A DNA stretch of 62,387 nt, the filler included, from Rhabdomonas costata (lineage: Eukaryota), in NCBI GenBank assembly GCA_019059605.1. It is 27 parts of 27 records of this genome, joined end to end, with 100 filler letters (N's around TTAATTAATTAA, not from the genome) between each part and the next. Parts side by side here need not be neighbours in the genome. Positions count along the whole stretch, not along the records: positions 1 to 2,215 come from JAHMHO010004789.1; positions 2,316 to 4,529 come from JAHMHO010004790.1; positions 4,630 to 6,843 come from JAHMHO010004791.1; positions 6,944 to 9,177 come from JAHMHO010004792.1; positions 9,278 to 11,492 come from JAHMHO010004793.1; positions 11,593 to 13,807 come from JAHMHO010004794.1; 21 more parts are not named here. One strand, 5' to 3'. The notes under the pieces were generated by a model. The model saw only the letters and a list, made by a program, of their open reading frames with translations, was not told the DNA's origin and made no database searches. Position numbers and translations under genes: made by a program. Below are positions 1 to 12,552 of the stretch, piece by piece (positions within the stretch are counted from its first letter, which is position 1; each line of letters starts with the position of its first letter).

Positions 1-1
1 G

Positions 2-430
2 TTGTGTGGGGTAGGCCAGAGGGCGTAGCACGCGAAGAACGTTCGCCGCGTAGGGCTTCAGGTTCAGCTCCAGGCGTAGCGGAAGGTGAGTGGGCACCCC
101 GGAGTCCGGCACAGGCGTCAGGTTGACCACCGCCGTGAAGGCAACGGAGTTCGCCAGCACGTAGTCGATGCGGGTGCCGGTATCCCCGGGCCCCGTCCTG
201 GTGTAGCACGTAGTGGGCGGGGTGACACCCGCAGCCGCAGCCACAGAAGCTGCGACGTCATGCCACTTCCCCGTGGAGAAAGCCGCCGCCAGGATGGTCG
301 AGTGGTTCGGCTGGATGTTGAAGTCTCCGGCCACCACGACGGGGACCTCGCCGAGTGCGGAGGCCACGGCCAGGACATCCCGCAACAGGTCGTCATTGCA
401 CCGGTTGACCGGCTGGTGAAGAAAGAGGCT
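2..430 (-). mobile_element. Non-LTR retrotransposon remnant, APE-like (exo/endo/phosphatase) endonuclease domain
   Basis: An unlisted minus frame reads DLLRDVLAVASALGEVPVVVAGDFNIQP...TCYTRTGPGDTGTRIDYVLAN...SGVPTHLPLRLEL, carrying the GDFN, RIDY and degenerate SDHxP motifs; no introns. Confidence 0.85.
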
Positions 431-2215
431 GGTGAGTTGGACGTTGGAGCTAATCTTTCTTTGGTTTCAGTTCCACGCATTGAAAAATGGAACACAACAG
501 AAGCTTCTTGTTATATGTGCTGGCGTGACTATTACAACAAAAGATGAAAAAAGGGACGTGGAGGGAGACACCACCCCACTGATGAATTCGTAAAATTTTT
601 GAAAAAAATGATGATAAACGTATCCATTAGAAAATGCTAGCCCACCGAGCGGAGGTTCGTGAAGGGCTGTAATAGGGCACATCCGTGTTTAGTGATGGAT
701 GCTTTTTATCAGCTAATTTAAGTTATTAGGTAATCTAGGGCAAAGGTGGGCTGCACAAGGTCACCAAACCCCAACCTACTTTAGCCAAAGCAGGTGTTTT
801 CCAGAGGCGAGACCGTTTTCGATGCCTCCTTTTTGTGGAAGAAACTGGGTAATATAAAAATTAACACACAATGTCAAAGCAAACAAAGCGAGTGGTAAAC
901 CGCTAGGCAGCAAAGATCAAAGCACAGGTCCTAAATCGAAATGAAACATCATTTCCTGCGAAAGAAACACGAAGAACAACACAGCTTATGCCATAGGAAA
1001 ATCCAGTGCTGCCTAAGTTTACGCCCACCGTAAGGGTGTCGGGACGTATGTGTGTGTCTGTGTGTGCGCTCGCCAACGTGCGCACATGCTGTCTTCAAAT
1101 ATTGGTGTAATTTTGACCATCGCTTGGAGCCCACGTTCTGCGACACAAAGCTGAAGACCTGGAAGGTCCCAAAAATGCGCACCCGCCAACCCGGTGACGT
1201 GGTACAGGTGAAGTGTTAATAAAAAAGAAAGGCCCAGGAACCTTAGTAAATATCTGTATCTGCGGTCGACGCAGAGTAGGGCTGACTCTAAGCAAGAGCC
1301 CCCGAGGTGCGAGTCAAACTCTAGATACGAGGTTCCACTCAGACACCAGCCAAGTGCTAATATTCTAAATCTCAGATCTGAACAGGGTTTTCCTGGAAAC
1401 GCACTCTCATTTTGCTTCCTCCAATCATTTGGCATGGGTTCCTGCTCTGTCGCACCCCTGCCTTCGTATTTTCCCGCATGCCCCTTGCTCATTTTCTGGA
1501 CTGGACAGTTTCATCGAGAGGACCTGTGCTTTGTGCCACTGAATTTAAACTGTGCGCTAACCCCACGGGCCCTACACCAACCCGCAGCGCAGACCGTTCC
1601 ATTTCCGCATCCCACGACACATCCAGACCGACAACCCATTACTCCAGAACGTCTGGGAGGGGGAGGCCCACTGAAGTCAGGACAATTATTGAAATCCCGC
1701 AGACCGAGATGCAAGCGGCAACGCAGCGCATCAACTGCTTTTGTCGGTGAGCGCGTCACCGCCGTCCCCCAGCTGCATCTACTACACTGTCAAGCCTGGT
1801 GGGGTGCAATCGTCCACAACTCCTGTGATGGGGCCACTAGAGCCTTCAGGCCTTCTTTGGAACATCGCACCAAACACACTCGCCCTGCTCTGCAGTTTCG
1901 CGGGCACTTACCCACGGCTCGCCTGGCAGCGCTGGTCAGCTTACGAGCTCGAGCTGGGGGATGACCCCGAAATCTGGGCCTCGACTTCGCATGACTGATG
2001 TGGTGGCGGAAGTGAAGGTGGAATACCTCCCAGACCAGAAGCCGGCTAAGAGCCGCAGGCAACACTTTGCAAACCTCTGCATCGCCTCCGCCTCCACAAC
2101 CTCGTCGGAGAAGCTGACGAAGAAACTCGCCAGTGCCCAGCGCGTCAGAGTGTTGACAATAAGTGTTGAGAGATTCGCATAGCGCTTCAGAGTCTCCTGC
2201 CGACCGCGGTTTCCC

Positions 2216-2315
2216 NNNNNNNNNNNNNNNNNNNNNNNNNNNNNNNNNNNNNNNNNNNNTTAATTAATTAANNNNNNNNNNNNNNNNNNNNNNNNNNNNN
2301 NNNNNNNNNNNNNNN
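2216..2315. other. Artificial contig linker (44 N + TTAATTAATTAA + 44 N); first of 26, recurring about every 2.31 kb up to 60077-60176
   Basis: Identical 100-nt spacer with six-frame stops; flanking contigs are 2206-2234 nt and unrelated in content. Confidence 0.99.
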
Positions 2316-2333
2316 CATGCTATGATGGGTTAG

Positions 2334-4497
2334 GTACAGTGGATATCAATGTCCAGAAGGTGCCTTTGAACAACACTGAACGGTTTACCTGTTTTACACA
2401 ATGCCAAACCGGCGCTCCCCCCCCCCGGTCTTTCAGCGAGCTGTATGTGCTGTTCGATCCCACCAAGCAGGGCTCGGTGTGTGCCGCGGAAATGATGTTG
2501 GACATGACCTGCCTGCAGCAGGTGCGCCGACGCCCGTTTTTCCTGTGAATCTTGCCTTGGCCCCTTCTCATTTATCTCAGATAGTGTCCGTTTCAGCTCA
2601 AAAATCATAATTCCGGAGATTCCTTCCCATGGCGAGATAGTAAAGCATTTCCAAAAAAAAAAAAAGAAGACAAGATTCAGACTTACATGGGTTAGGAGAT
2701 TCCGAGTATTTCCCTGCATCAAAGCGTTTCCGAAAAGGACAGCATCGGACTGGCGGATATTTTGAGATTTGGATACTCTAATTCATGTTTACACATTGTT
2801 TGTCCTTATTTGAGGATGTATTCTTTCAGGTCACTTTTTTATAGTTCGGGATGGGAGCTGAATCGTGTCAAGAAAGGTAAGGTCAGTTGCCTGGATTTGA
2901 TTATGAACACTATTTTGGAAGCACTTTTGCACAAGTGCTGTGCGTGGACAGCTTTCAGCTTTTTTCTGCGCCGTTTCACGTTTTGCGCTCTATGATGTTG
3001 GCCGATGCTGTGGGCCAGAAGTCAGAGCTTGCGCTTATAAGGAACGTTTGAGTGAGATTGGGTTGAGGTGGGATTGGGAATGCCAGATTGCCGACGGGGA
3101 CGATCGCAGCCTGATGCGGTACTGCTATGCCATGCTGGAGGCGTGGCAATACCTGAGCGGGGGCTCTAGGGAGGTTCTGGTGACGAAGCTGCAGCTGCGC
3201 ACGGTAGGCCCTCTCTGCATCACACACCACGGATGAAAGTGGGTGCATCAGCAGTCCCGAATGGAAACCTAGCATATGAGAGGCCGGCCGAAGTTTGTAG
3301 CAGAGAGGAAGGAATTTGCAAAATTGCCATCACGCGCAGCAATAGCTGGCGCTAGCTGGGGCTACGGAGTTAGGCCATCCTCCAGCAGAACCCGCCCTGA
3401 GTACCACCAACGAACTTCGCATAAAATAATGTGCAGCTCTGAGGGCAAGACATCTGCTAAACCGCTGCGGAACGGTCAAGCGGCGAGTGTGAAGTTCTGC
3501 TTAATTATGACTACCACCGTCCTTCCCCCAACGTCAATGACAGCTGAATGCGTGTTTGTGTATGCACTGTTCGAGAAGGGCGTGGGTATGTTTCGGCGCC
3601 TATTGCCCGCCCGACCCAAGTCCTTCCATTTGGTTACCTCGATTCTTTCTCCATCTGTGAAGGGCTTAATGGGCGTTTCTGTGTCTCTATGTGTGAGTGC
3701 CCCCACTCCCCGGTCCAGATGCTTCAGGCGTATCGCGCCATACACGTCAGCCTCAAGGCTGTGGTCGGTACTCTGGAAGACGTCACAGCTGAGGTCCAGA
3801 AGATCATCGACAAGGTATCGACGTGACCAACATGAAAGGCATAAAAACTTAGACACACCCTTTTCGTACTTTCCTGTGGCCTTCCCTTGTGCTGCGGTTT
3901 CTGGGCGTATCGGGCAGTTTTCGGCGCAAACGATCTCTCTTTCTTTTCCCTCACCCATCCCCAACCCTGAAAATTTCGCTTTTGAGCCAGTTGACATTTG
4001 GGAGCGTCGCTGCGCCAATACGGAAAAGCATTGCTGTGCATCTGCCTGTTTCTGGCCGCGGTTCCTATGCGTCAATTGACAACACTTTCTCCAGACCCCC
4101 TGGAAAAAGAGGCAGTTGGACAAGGATGCGATTGGATTCCCGCAGTTCTCTGCCATGCTCCTTGCCGACCTGAAGTGGACCCAGCTGATGGTACTTGTGT
4201 GCTGTGGTGCCTCGCTCCTGTTTTTTCTAATGTGTGATGAATTCAAATCTGACTTCGGTTTCTGGGCTTTTCAAATTTGCGCGTCCGCCGCTGGCGATGT
4301 ATTGATCGCCCGGGGATGTTCTGTCTGCTGAACCGCCGCGTTGGCACCCGTTTGTGCGGGCATGCCCTATATTGGTGCTGTGGTTTGTTAACCATATGTT
4401 TATATTTGCATTTTGGATGAACGTGGGCGATGCTCCCATAGACTTTTATGGCACGATCAAGTACCGTTCTGGAACGTGTTCTACATGTTCACGTCAG
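2334..4497 (+). CDS. Multi-exon fragment, EF-hand-like (calcineurin B/recoverin-like) protein
   Basis: GT-AG exons at about 2437-2521 (ELYVLFDPTKQGSVCAAEMMLDMTCLQQ, EF-loop-like), 3087-3203, 3719-3814 and ~4116-4190 (LDKDAIGFPQFSAMLLADLKW). Confidence 0.5.
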
Positions 4498-5760
4498 GTG
4501 GGTTCCGGTGGAAGCGAGTTCGAGCGGCTNNNNNNNNNNNNNNNNNNNNNNNNNNNNNNNNNNNNNNNNNNNNTTAATTAATTAANNNNNNNNNNNNNNN
4601 NNNNNNNNNNNNNNNNNNNNNNNNNNNNNTTTTTGGCGGAGACATTTTCAGGTGTGCCCCGAGACGACGTGACGAGTGAAGCGTTCTCAAAACTTTGGCG
4701 TCATTTCACAGCTCCACCACGAATGGCGGCCATGTGGTCCTCAACCCGCAGACCACATTCTGGGCAGAAGGCAATCCAGGGAAAATGGTTGTTCAGTGAA
4801 AGCAGGGTAAACCGCACCGCCAGGGGCACCACAGCTGTCCACCAGCACGAGCTTCTTTCTGTACGTGGCTGCCACACACAGGAAGCGTCCAAAGCAACGG
4901 CGGGCTGTCATGAGAACGACAAAGAGCAGGCAGAACAAGAAAAAAGAGTGGCAGGATCCTCCCATGATGCCACGCGGACATGCAAAAAATAGCAGAAGAG
5001 TGCCAGCTTAACATGAAAGCATGCAATCGCTCCAGGTGGAGTGGGGGGTGAGCAGCATCGCACGGGAAGGCGATGCCACACCCATCACTTCTCTGAAGCC
5101 TGACACATGGGAGAACCGGAGAGCATTGAGAAAAACAGCGTTAGTACAAAAAGACGGCCCATCCGGCCGTTTTCGCAATCAAAAAGCAGTGAGCAGCAGC
5201 ACCAGAATTATCGCCAGAAGGATTGAGGTGTTGCACATGGTACGCATACCGCTTCGGAAAAAGGAAACAGCGGCGTGCACACAGGGAGCGTATACAAAGA
5301 GCCACAACTTCACCTTTTCCGTTTTGACCACAAGAAGCAACGAGGCACTGAGACTTAGAACCTGAGAAATTAGTTGCAGCATCGAAAGCCAAGTCGTCAA
5401 ATTGAGGTTTACTGGATCTGCATCTACAAGATCAGACCGGAAAACGCATGGATAGCTGCGCCGCTGCGAGGTGTCAGATTCGAAAAAGATCCTTTCATCT
5501 TCAGCTGCTCCATGTTCGGAATGGGTAAGGTGACGAAACGTGATTACCCCACTGTCCCTCAGCAGCAGTGGTTATAAGCTAAAAACATTCAGCTACAATC
5601 AAAACTCTCCCGTTTTCCCGTTGGGTTACTTCCTGTGGTTTCTCCTGCGCACCTTCAGCCCAACATCTGTTTCATTGTCCCACGCACCCACACTCTCGCT
5701 CACCCCATACACTCAAGCACACATTCTCTCTAACCCCGATGAGGGGTGTTGGGAGTCAGG

Positions 5761-6513
5761 TTACTCAAATACGCTCCCGCCGATGAACTCGCGGATCAGC
5801 GCAGTGCTGGGGACGTGCTTCTCGGAGATGGCGTGGTAGTTCGCCAGGAACCCCCACAGCTGCAGCGCGGTGCTGTAGTCGGAGTGGTCCGGCTTCACAC
5901 ACTCCAGCAGTGGGGTAACAAACACTTTCAGCGTGGGAACCTGCGCCGCGCACGAGCAAGGCAGGAGCCCCTATTACGGGCAATTTTAGCAGGTAGGGTC
6001 CTGCACGCTATTTCCCTGGATAATAGCTGCATCAGCACTTCACAAACAGGCATCCAGACACCTCTCCCTCAAGGAGAGCAATACACCCAGACACCCAGAC
6101 GTCAAAAAAGGTTCACCGAGGACACGCGCGACACGCACACCGCACCCCCCCCCCCTTTACCGTGTTACCACAAGGGCTAATGTTCCTGAGCAATTTGGGA
6201 AGGGCGCTGCCACATATACCACAGTCATTTCGAACCGGTCTGGGGGAAAGAGCAAACACACATCAGGACACCACCCGAAGTTAGGCGCTGCACATTGGGT
6301 GGTCCTCAGCAAACGAGGGGTGGGGGGCGGAGAGATGGGGTATCGGGCCTCGTAGTCCAGACTGGAGTTGAAGTAGACATCGGCATTTTTCACGAAGGGG
6401 AAGATGTTGCGCTCCTCCCCAGCGCGCACGCCGGCCCAGTTGCGGATGGTCTGTAGGGCACCCCGGCCGCGGTGGAGGTAGTCCCTCGAGGTACGCCGTA
6501 GCGCGCGCAGGAC
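5761..6513 (-). CDS. Uridine/nucleoside kinase (bacterial PRK/UK type), last two exons (6349-6513, 5761-5940)
   Basis: LRRTSRDYLHRGRGALQTIRNWAGVRAGEERNIFPFVKNADVYFNSSLDYE | VPTLKVFVTPLLECVKP...HVPSTALIREFIGGSVFE* matches the C-terminus of the long bacterial nucleoside kinase family. Confidence 0.9.
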
Positions 6514-6991
6514 CTGTGTGCGGTGTGTGTGTGTACATTCTCATGACCCCCCAGCATCCCAAAATGCCCTTCAGACAGAGACAGATCACAAGAACGTGCA
6601 ATCCTAGGCCCCAAATTCCAGGAATCTACTCCAGATATATGGTAACGGTGCCGATAATTCCGGATCCTCTGGGTACATCGGAGGCCGATTTACCCCTAAC
6701 AGCTCAGGATATTCCAAAAAAATCAATCTACTGGAAGGTACTGCGCATTCGAAGACGGGAGTGTTGTGGAGTTGTATCCTGCGAAGTTATCCTGCAAAAA
6801 ACTGTTATTCCGGTGAACAGGTATCGGTACGAAGGCATAGTCCNNNNNNNNNNNNNNNNNNNNNNNNNNNNNNNNNNNNNNNNNNNNTTAATTAATTAAN
6901 NNNNNNNNNNNNNNNNNNNNNNNNNNNNNNNNNNNNNNNNNNNGTGTGTTTTTTCTCCTCCGCGGTGGCAAAGTGGCTTACCGACACAAAA

Positions 6992-7117
6992 AAACGGAGC
7001 CACACAATGTTCGGTGGATGTCAGGATCGTCTTGCCTCCTTCAGCTTCAGTGTTAAACGGAGCCACACAATGTTCGGTGGATGTCAGGATCGTCTTGCCT
7101 CCTTCAGCTTCAGTGTT
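6992..7117 (+). repeat. Perfect tandem duplication, 2 x 63 nt
   Basis: aaacggagccacacaatgttcggtggatgtcaggatcgtcttgcctccttcagcttcagtgtt starts at 6992 and again at 7055. Confidence 0.95.
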
Positions 7118-7146
7118 TGTGCTTCTCTCTTCCTCTATCTTCTCAG

Positions 7147-9019
7147 ACCCGCACTCCCCAAGCGGACTCCAACTTGGAGACGATGTCCACCCGACCCCAG
7201 GAGTACATCACGGAGACTGGTGGCCCCCCTCCCTTCCCTGTTTCTGGGATAGCTTGGTGTGTAGTGCGGAAGTCCGGGGCTGGCACTGCTGGATCTCTCT
7301 CTCTCTCTCTCTCTCTCTCAATCGTTGCCTCCTGGGTTTTGGGGGGTTGACTACGTATTTGACTACCGACGCATTCTTCTTTTTTGCCTTCGTGAACCAT
7401 GTGCAGACCTTGCGATTGGAAGGACTGTCAGCCTCATGGGTCGAGAGATGCTGATCTACAACTGTGACGGCTTCACCCAGAAGTACTACCGCAGCAAATA
7501 CGGTGCGCCGTATATTCCCTGTTGCCCCCCGCTATCCGGCTCTCTATCTTCATACTGACCGCATTCTGTCATGGATTCGGGAGACAGTCTTTTACTCTTC
7601 TCTGTTTGCGCACATCTGCCATTGTGATTTGTACATATGTCCGCCGATTGGCACCCGGCTAGGGGGGAAGACGTTCGAAGTTTTTGTTTTTCAATTGTTC
7701 AAGAAAGTCCTATTTCGAAGAAGTGCACAACTATGAACGCATTCAATCATATGAACCACAAGAAAATAAACTATCGGCCATTGTGCACCGTGGAAATCCG
7801 CTCCCCCCCCCCCACACACACACTCTGTTTGTCCGTCGCTTTCTCGCAGGGATGTCCGACTTCTCCCCCCTCGATGTCACGCTGCCCGCCAAGAGGGTTT
7901 CCAGGAGGGTCTCTGCTGCTGTATTGCTTCGCAGCTTGTTTGGATCTTGATGACAGGGTCCTTTGCTTTTCTTGGACGGAATTGAAGCACATGATCCACA
8001 ATCAGCAACGCAGTGGCAATATATGAGCTTCGATGTCCCAGAAAAAGCTTGCCGGAAAGGAGAAAGAAGAGAAAGAGAAGAGACAGCACACCCCCAACAG
8101 GGAGAGTACGGAAGCCCGAGTGAAACCTTGTGCTCTGGGTGTGTGCGTGCTGCGCAGGGCCCGCCACCTCACATGGGCTTCGGCTCCGAGGAGGACTCTT
8201 TGGCCAGCTGGAACTCTCTCGGTTTGTGCTTTGCGTGTGGACGGGTGACGTGACTGTACAAAACCCGGATGCTCACAGCAACGTGAGCAGGTGCTGAAAA
8301 GATTCCCTTTCAGGTGCAAATGGGAATATCGCAAAAAACAAGGAGCTCGTCAGCAAGATAATTTCACTTAGTATTGTTGGGTTGTTGTGCTCTGGCGAGA
8401 GGCAAGAGAGAAACGTCCGGGAATGATATGGTCGTTGTTGGTAGTGAATGGCTTCAGCCCTTTCGAGAACCCTTTCCCTCGCATCCAGTCTTTATTATTT
8501 TTCCTCCAGTTCTCCTTCTCCTCTCTCTTTGCAGCTTTGCGCAAAAATGCTGTGTGCCAGACATTGGACTGTTTGTTGCTTGTGTGGAAGGGAATTGGGA
8601 CTGGCTATGGTCCCACCATCCAATCCCCATTCTGGCAACTCATGTGTCTGTATCGTTCATCACATACTGCCTCCCGTCCACCTTTTTGTAGTACTGAAGC
8701 CTCCGAAGGACCGCCCGCCGCACCTTGGAAACAGGGTGCTCAGGTGCACGTTGCACGCCCGTGGCTCTCGTGTCAATTTTCGTGTTTCTTCATGACCGAG
8801 TAAGCCAATGAGATCAAGTAGGCGTCACCAGATCTGTGTGGCAGTTGCGCCCTAGAAAGGTGACCAGTGCTGTGCTTGTCAGCGCGATACTTTTGGATCA
8901 CTTTTCTGTGCGTGTGCGATGCCAGGTTTGGTGGTTACCTGGAAAACCAGCCTTGCCGTCGAATGCTGCTGGTGTACTTCCTGTCCGACGACACCGTGGG
9001 AATTTACGAGCAGGCCGGA

Positions 9020-9021
<2 letters not shown>
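7147..9021 (+). CDS. DM10-domain axonemal protein (EFHC1/EFHC2/Rib72 family), internal exons
   Basis: Phase-consistent GT-AG exons: DLAIGRTVSLMGREMLIYNCDGFTQKYYRSKYG | MSDFSPLDV | PPPHMGFGSEEDSLASWNSL | VLKPPKD...VLR | FGGYLENQPCRRMLLVYFLSDDTVGIYE. Confidence 0.88.

Positions 9022-9052
<31 letters not shown>
9022..9052 (+). repeat. (GT)n microsatellite at an intron 5' end
   Basis: About 15 GT units directly after the last DM10 exon; a (CT)n run also lies at 7295-7319. Confidence 0.95.
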
Positions 9053-9062
<10 letters not shown>

Positions 9063-10490
9063 GGGCGTAGACAACGCGTGCACAACCCCGAAACGACGAC
9101 GTCCCCTTTTGCTCTCTTGTTTTCGCTTGCGCGCGCGTTTGAGTGGAAACTCGAGAGTAACCACCACTCTAAAAAGTNNNNNNNNNNNNNNNNNNNNNNN
9201 NNNNNNNNNNNNNNNNNNNNNTTAATTAATTAANNNNNNNNNNNNNNNNNNNNNNNNNNNNNNNNNNNNNNNNNNNNTGTGGTTGGGGTAAAGTCGCTGG
9301 GATACGTCATAGCAGTTCATGCATTTCAAGTAAGGCATTCGATAAAGATTTAAAATCAGTTATCCGTAACTGAACTACCATTAATTCTTGACGAAGCGAA
9401 GGAGGAGGGAAGTGAGTGAGGGCGACGAACTGAGATGAGCATACCGAGGTCAATGTCCTTCAAAGTGAGTCTGCCCATATTTTTTCCATGCTCCATGGGA
9501 CCTTCCATTGTTATGGTTCCCCGGAGGGCCGTGAAACCAAGCAGTGAAATTCAAAGGGGATAGCTCTCACGGAGATCAAAAAGGTACCGCTGATGGTAGA
9601 AAACTCAACTGGAAATTGCCAAGGGTCAATGACTACTGGCGAAGATTTGTATGATGATATGATATGATATGTATTGGTTCACCTGCCATCTCCTAGTTTT
9701 CCAGTGAAAACTGTCCTCATGCCAGTAAGGGTGGAAGCAAGAGAAATTGTGAGAGAAGCTCCTTGACCAGCGACAAGATTGCACAAACAAAAAACACGGA
9801 AGGTTAACTCCCTCAGCTTTCGACATTTTCCCCGTGGTGGTTCTCCTCCCGACTTCCCGACTGCTGGAATTCCTCCACCTGCATATGGGGACACACAATG
9901 GACACAGGCACAGCCAGGGAGGTCGCCCCCAAAGACAATCCCTCCCAATCTCTAGCGAAAAAAGGCTGGCAATGCGCGAGCGCAAGGCAGCGATGATAGG
10001 AAGGAGTGGGAGCAGGGCGACGCAAGGGCGCGACCACAGATCCCTCCCACGCGGTGGGGCCCCAGACAGGAATGGGGAACCGCGGAGAGGCGTGTGCTGG
10101 GACAGAGAGGGGCGCTGAGGAGCACAGGTTACTGGGGTGGGCGCGAAAGGCCACCGGTCGTCACAGAGGTAGATATGCATTGGGGGCACGTATGCATTGC
10201 TGGCGACAGTGACTGGAGGGGGCAAGGGGAAAAACGGATGAAAAACTCTAATCTCCTGAACGCAGCCACAGCCACACACACAAACACCAAAAACAAGCCA
10301 ACACGGACAATATGAAGGGCTCAAGCATTGGAGAAGAAGAGCGGGGGAGAGAGACAAGCATCCTTTTGGCTACATCATCAGAGGGGCTGTTGTTGCTGCA
10401 CTTAAAAAGGCCCTAACCAAAAGGGCCCTCCGACTGAGCCCATCTATCTCTGTCTCATCTCCCTCGGTATTCTGCTACAACGGCCACCGC

Positions 10491-11480
10491 TTAGTGGGCA
10501 GAGTACGTCTCCATGTCAGGGATGCAGCAGAAAAAGTTGCGGTCCCCGAAGGTGTTGTCGATCCTTCCCACCGAGGGCCAGTACTTATTCTCCCTGGCAC
10601 ACCCCCATCCCCACCCTTTCAGGCGCGAGAAGACCATAAAACAAGGAAAGCTCCTGCGTACGGCGACGAACCTGGAACTTTAATGTGACAACCACACCCA
10701 ACAAGAGTGAATGCTAATACGCTCTAAAAACTGATGCAGCAAGCACACTGCCAACCACCGTCCCTACGAGCGCGCCAGTGCAGAAGGGTCCACCACGCCC
10801 ATTCCTTTTGTTATTGTCCAGCAACTACATCCATACATTCACCCTTGATGCAAAGATTGAGGTGCTCCAGACCACTGTTCCGCCCTGCTCCGTAAAACGA
10901 TGAAAAATCGTCGTTCCAGCGCCCTTCTTGATCCACAATGCAGAGAGAATTAAGGGCTCAACAAAGAGGGTTTGGACATACATCACATATCGGGTCGGGA
11001 ACACCGCCTTCTGGCGGCTGTATGGGTACGTCCAGTCCCCCGCCAACACACGGGCGGTGTGCGGGGCATTCTTCAGGACATTGTTGAAGCGGTCCGCCTT
11101 GCCTTCCTCGACCTCCCTGGAAAGGCATTCGCATGGTGCCCATGGGGGTGTGCACGGAAACGACCAAAAAGTCACCACATTGGAGGTAAGGGCAGAGCTG
11201 GCAAAAGAGCAGAGCAGAGATACTGAAGAGCACTTGGGCATTCCCAGAATGGAAGAACTAATGAGTGAGCGAAGCCCGAAAGAAAAAGATTTGCCATCCA
11301 TTCCATCAAACAACATGTCCCAACAGCGATAAAAAAGTTCACCACTGGAAAGGAAGTCCATCTCTTGCCCCTCTCCCATCTTTTGAGACCTGATTTCTTC
11401 GCGGATCAGCAGAAGGGCCACCACAAAGCGGTCGAGCTCGAACTTAGACTCCGACTCAGTAGGCTCAATCATCAGTGTAC
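10491..11480 (-). CDS. GLDC: Glycine decarboxylase (glycine cleavage P-protein), last three exons
   Basis: [31 protein letters not shown] | [20 protein letters not shown]...[16 protein letters not shown] | [23 protein letters not shown]...*; GT-AG introns in phase. Confidence 0.97.
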
Positions 11481-12552
11481 CTTTCAGGATGANNNNNNNN
11501 NNNNNNNNNNNNNNNNNNNNNNNNNNNNNNNNNNNNTTAATTAATTAANNNNNNNNNNNNNNNNNNNNNNNNNNNNNNNNNNNNNNNNNNNNTGTCAGTG
11601 ATAGTGATCGAGAGACCAACAGCGAGAGAGAGGGAAGGAGGGGGGGGGTTCTCTCTCTTTCGTCGGAGTATAGACCTAACGGTGACGGTCGAGTTGTACG
11701 GGGAGTGGCGGAGTAGCACACAAAAAGCTTCTCTGTGCGGATTGATAGCTGTGAATGGTGAACTTGACTTTGTGCATTTCTCCACAGATTGCTGCGTCGG
11801 AAATACCAAGCTGGCGGTAAGGACCCTGCCCAGCTCTGGCATTCAGTGGGGAGTGTGCCCAAGCTTCTAGCCTTGTGCATCGCATTGGGATGGAGTGGGG
11901 AGTGGGGTTCTCTGCTTGTGCCCTTCTTCGTGGTGAATGTTTTCTGCATGTTGACTCTGCTGTTCTCGTGTTCCCCTGACTGGGCTCCACCGATGCAGGG
12001 GGGCTTGTTTTATGTAGCGTAGTGATGACACCGGCTTCTGAGGCGGCTCCCCCCCCCCCTCGCTTCTTATTAGTATGTGCATCGGCTGTGCATCGGCCCT
12101 CTTCACCATGACCATCGCCCTATGTACACCTAAAGAAGAAGTTTCTAAAAATGGTGCCACAAGCTGAGCTGATTGGCCGCAACGGAAGATAGGACATATT
12201 GTTGTGTAACTACGTCGACGAATCTCTTGGGACCGGCCAGGACAATCTCATCGACACGAAAGGACGAAATTGCCAAGTCCTTCAACTCGCCTGACCTTCG
12301 GTTACCTCACCCCACTCAACACACATGACGGTGGGAGTGTCACATTGCCAGTCCAATCCTTTTTGCTCTGGCAGTGCTTCGTTCTGTCGTTCTGTTTCGT
12401 TAGTTTTTGGTGCTTTTCTGCGGAGGAAAGAGGTTTTGACGGTCGCTCGCGGTTCGGGAAGTACCCCTCCCTCCCTCAGGTGGTCCCAGTTCCCGTTGCC
12501 CGTCGCACATCACCGTTTTCGGAAACCGCCCCAGCACCCCCTCCCTTGGTAG

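Noticed and set aside
1560..2182. Overlapping ORFs that look like a decayed coding region
   Set aside because: No recognisable motif and multiple frame breaks; possibly transposon debris but unsupported.
2260..2271. Regularly spaced TTAATTAATTAA as a CRISPR-like or regulatory repeat
   Set aside because: It is embedded in N runs and is a standard six-frame-stop assembly linker.
3276..4246. Long ORFs 3276-4079 (+) and 3476-4246 (-)
   Set aside because: They span introns and exons of the EF-hand-like gene in other frames and have no domain signal.
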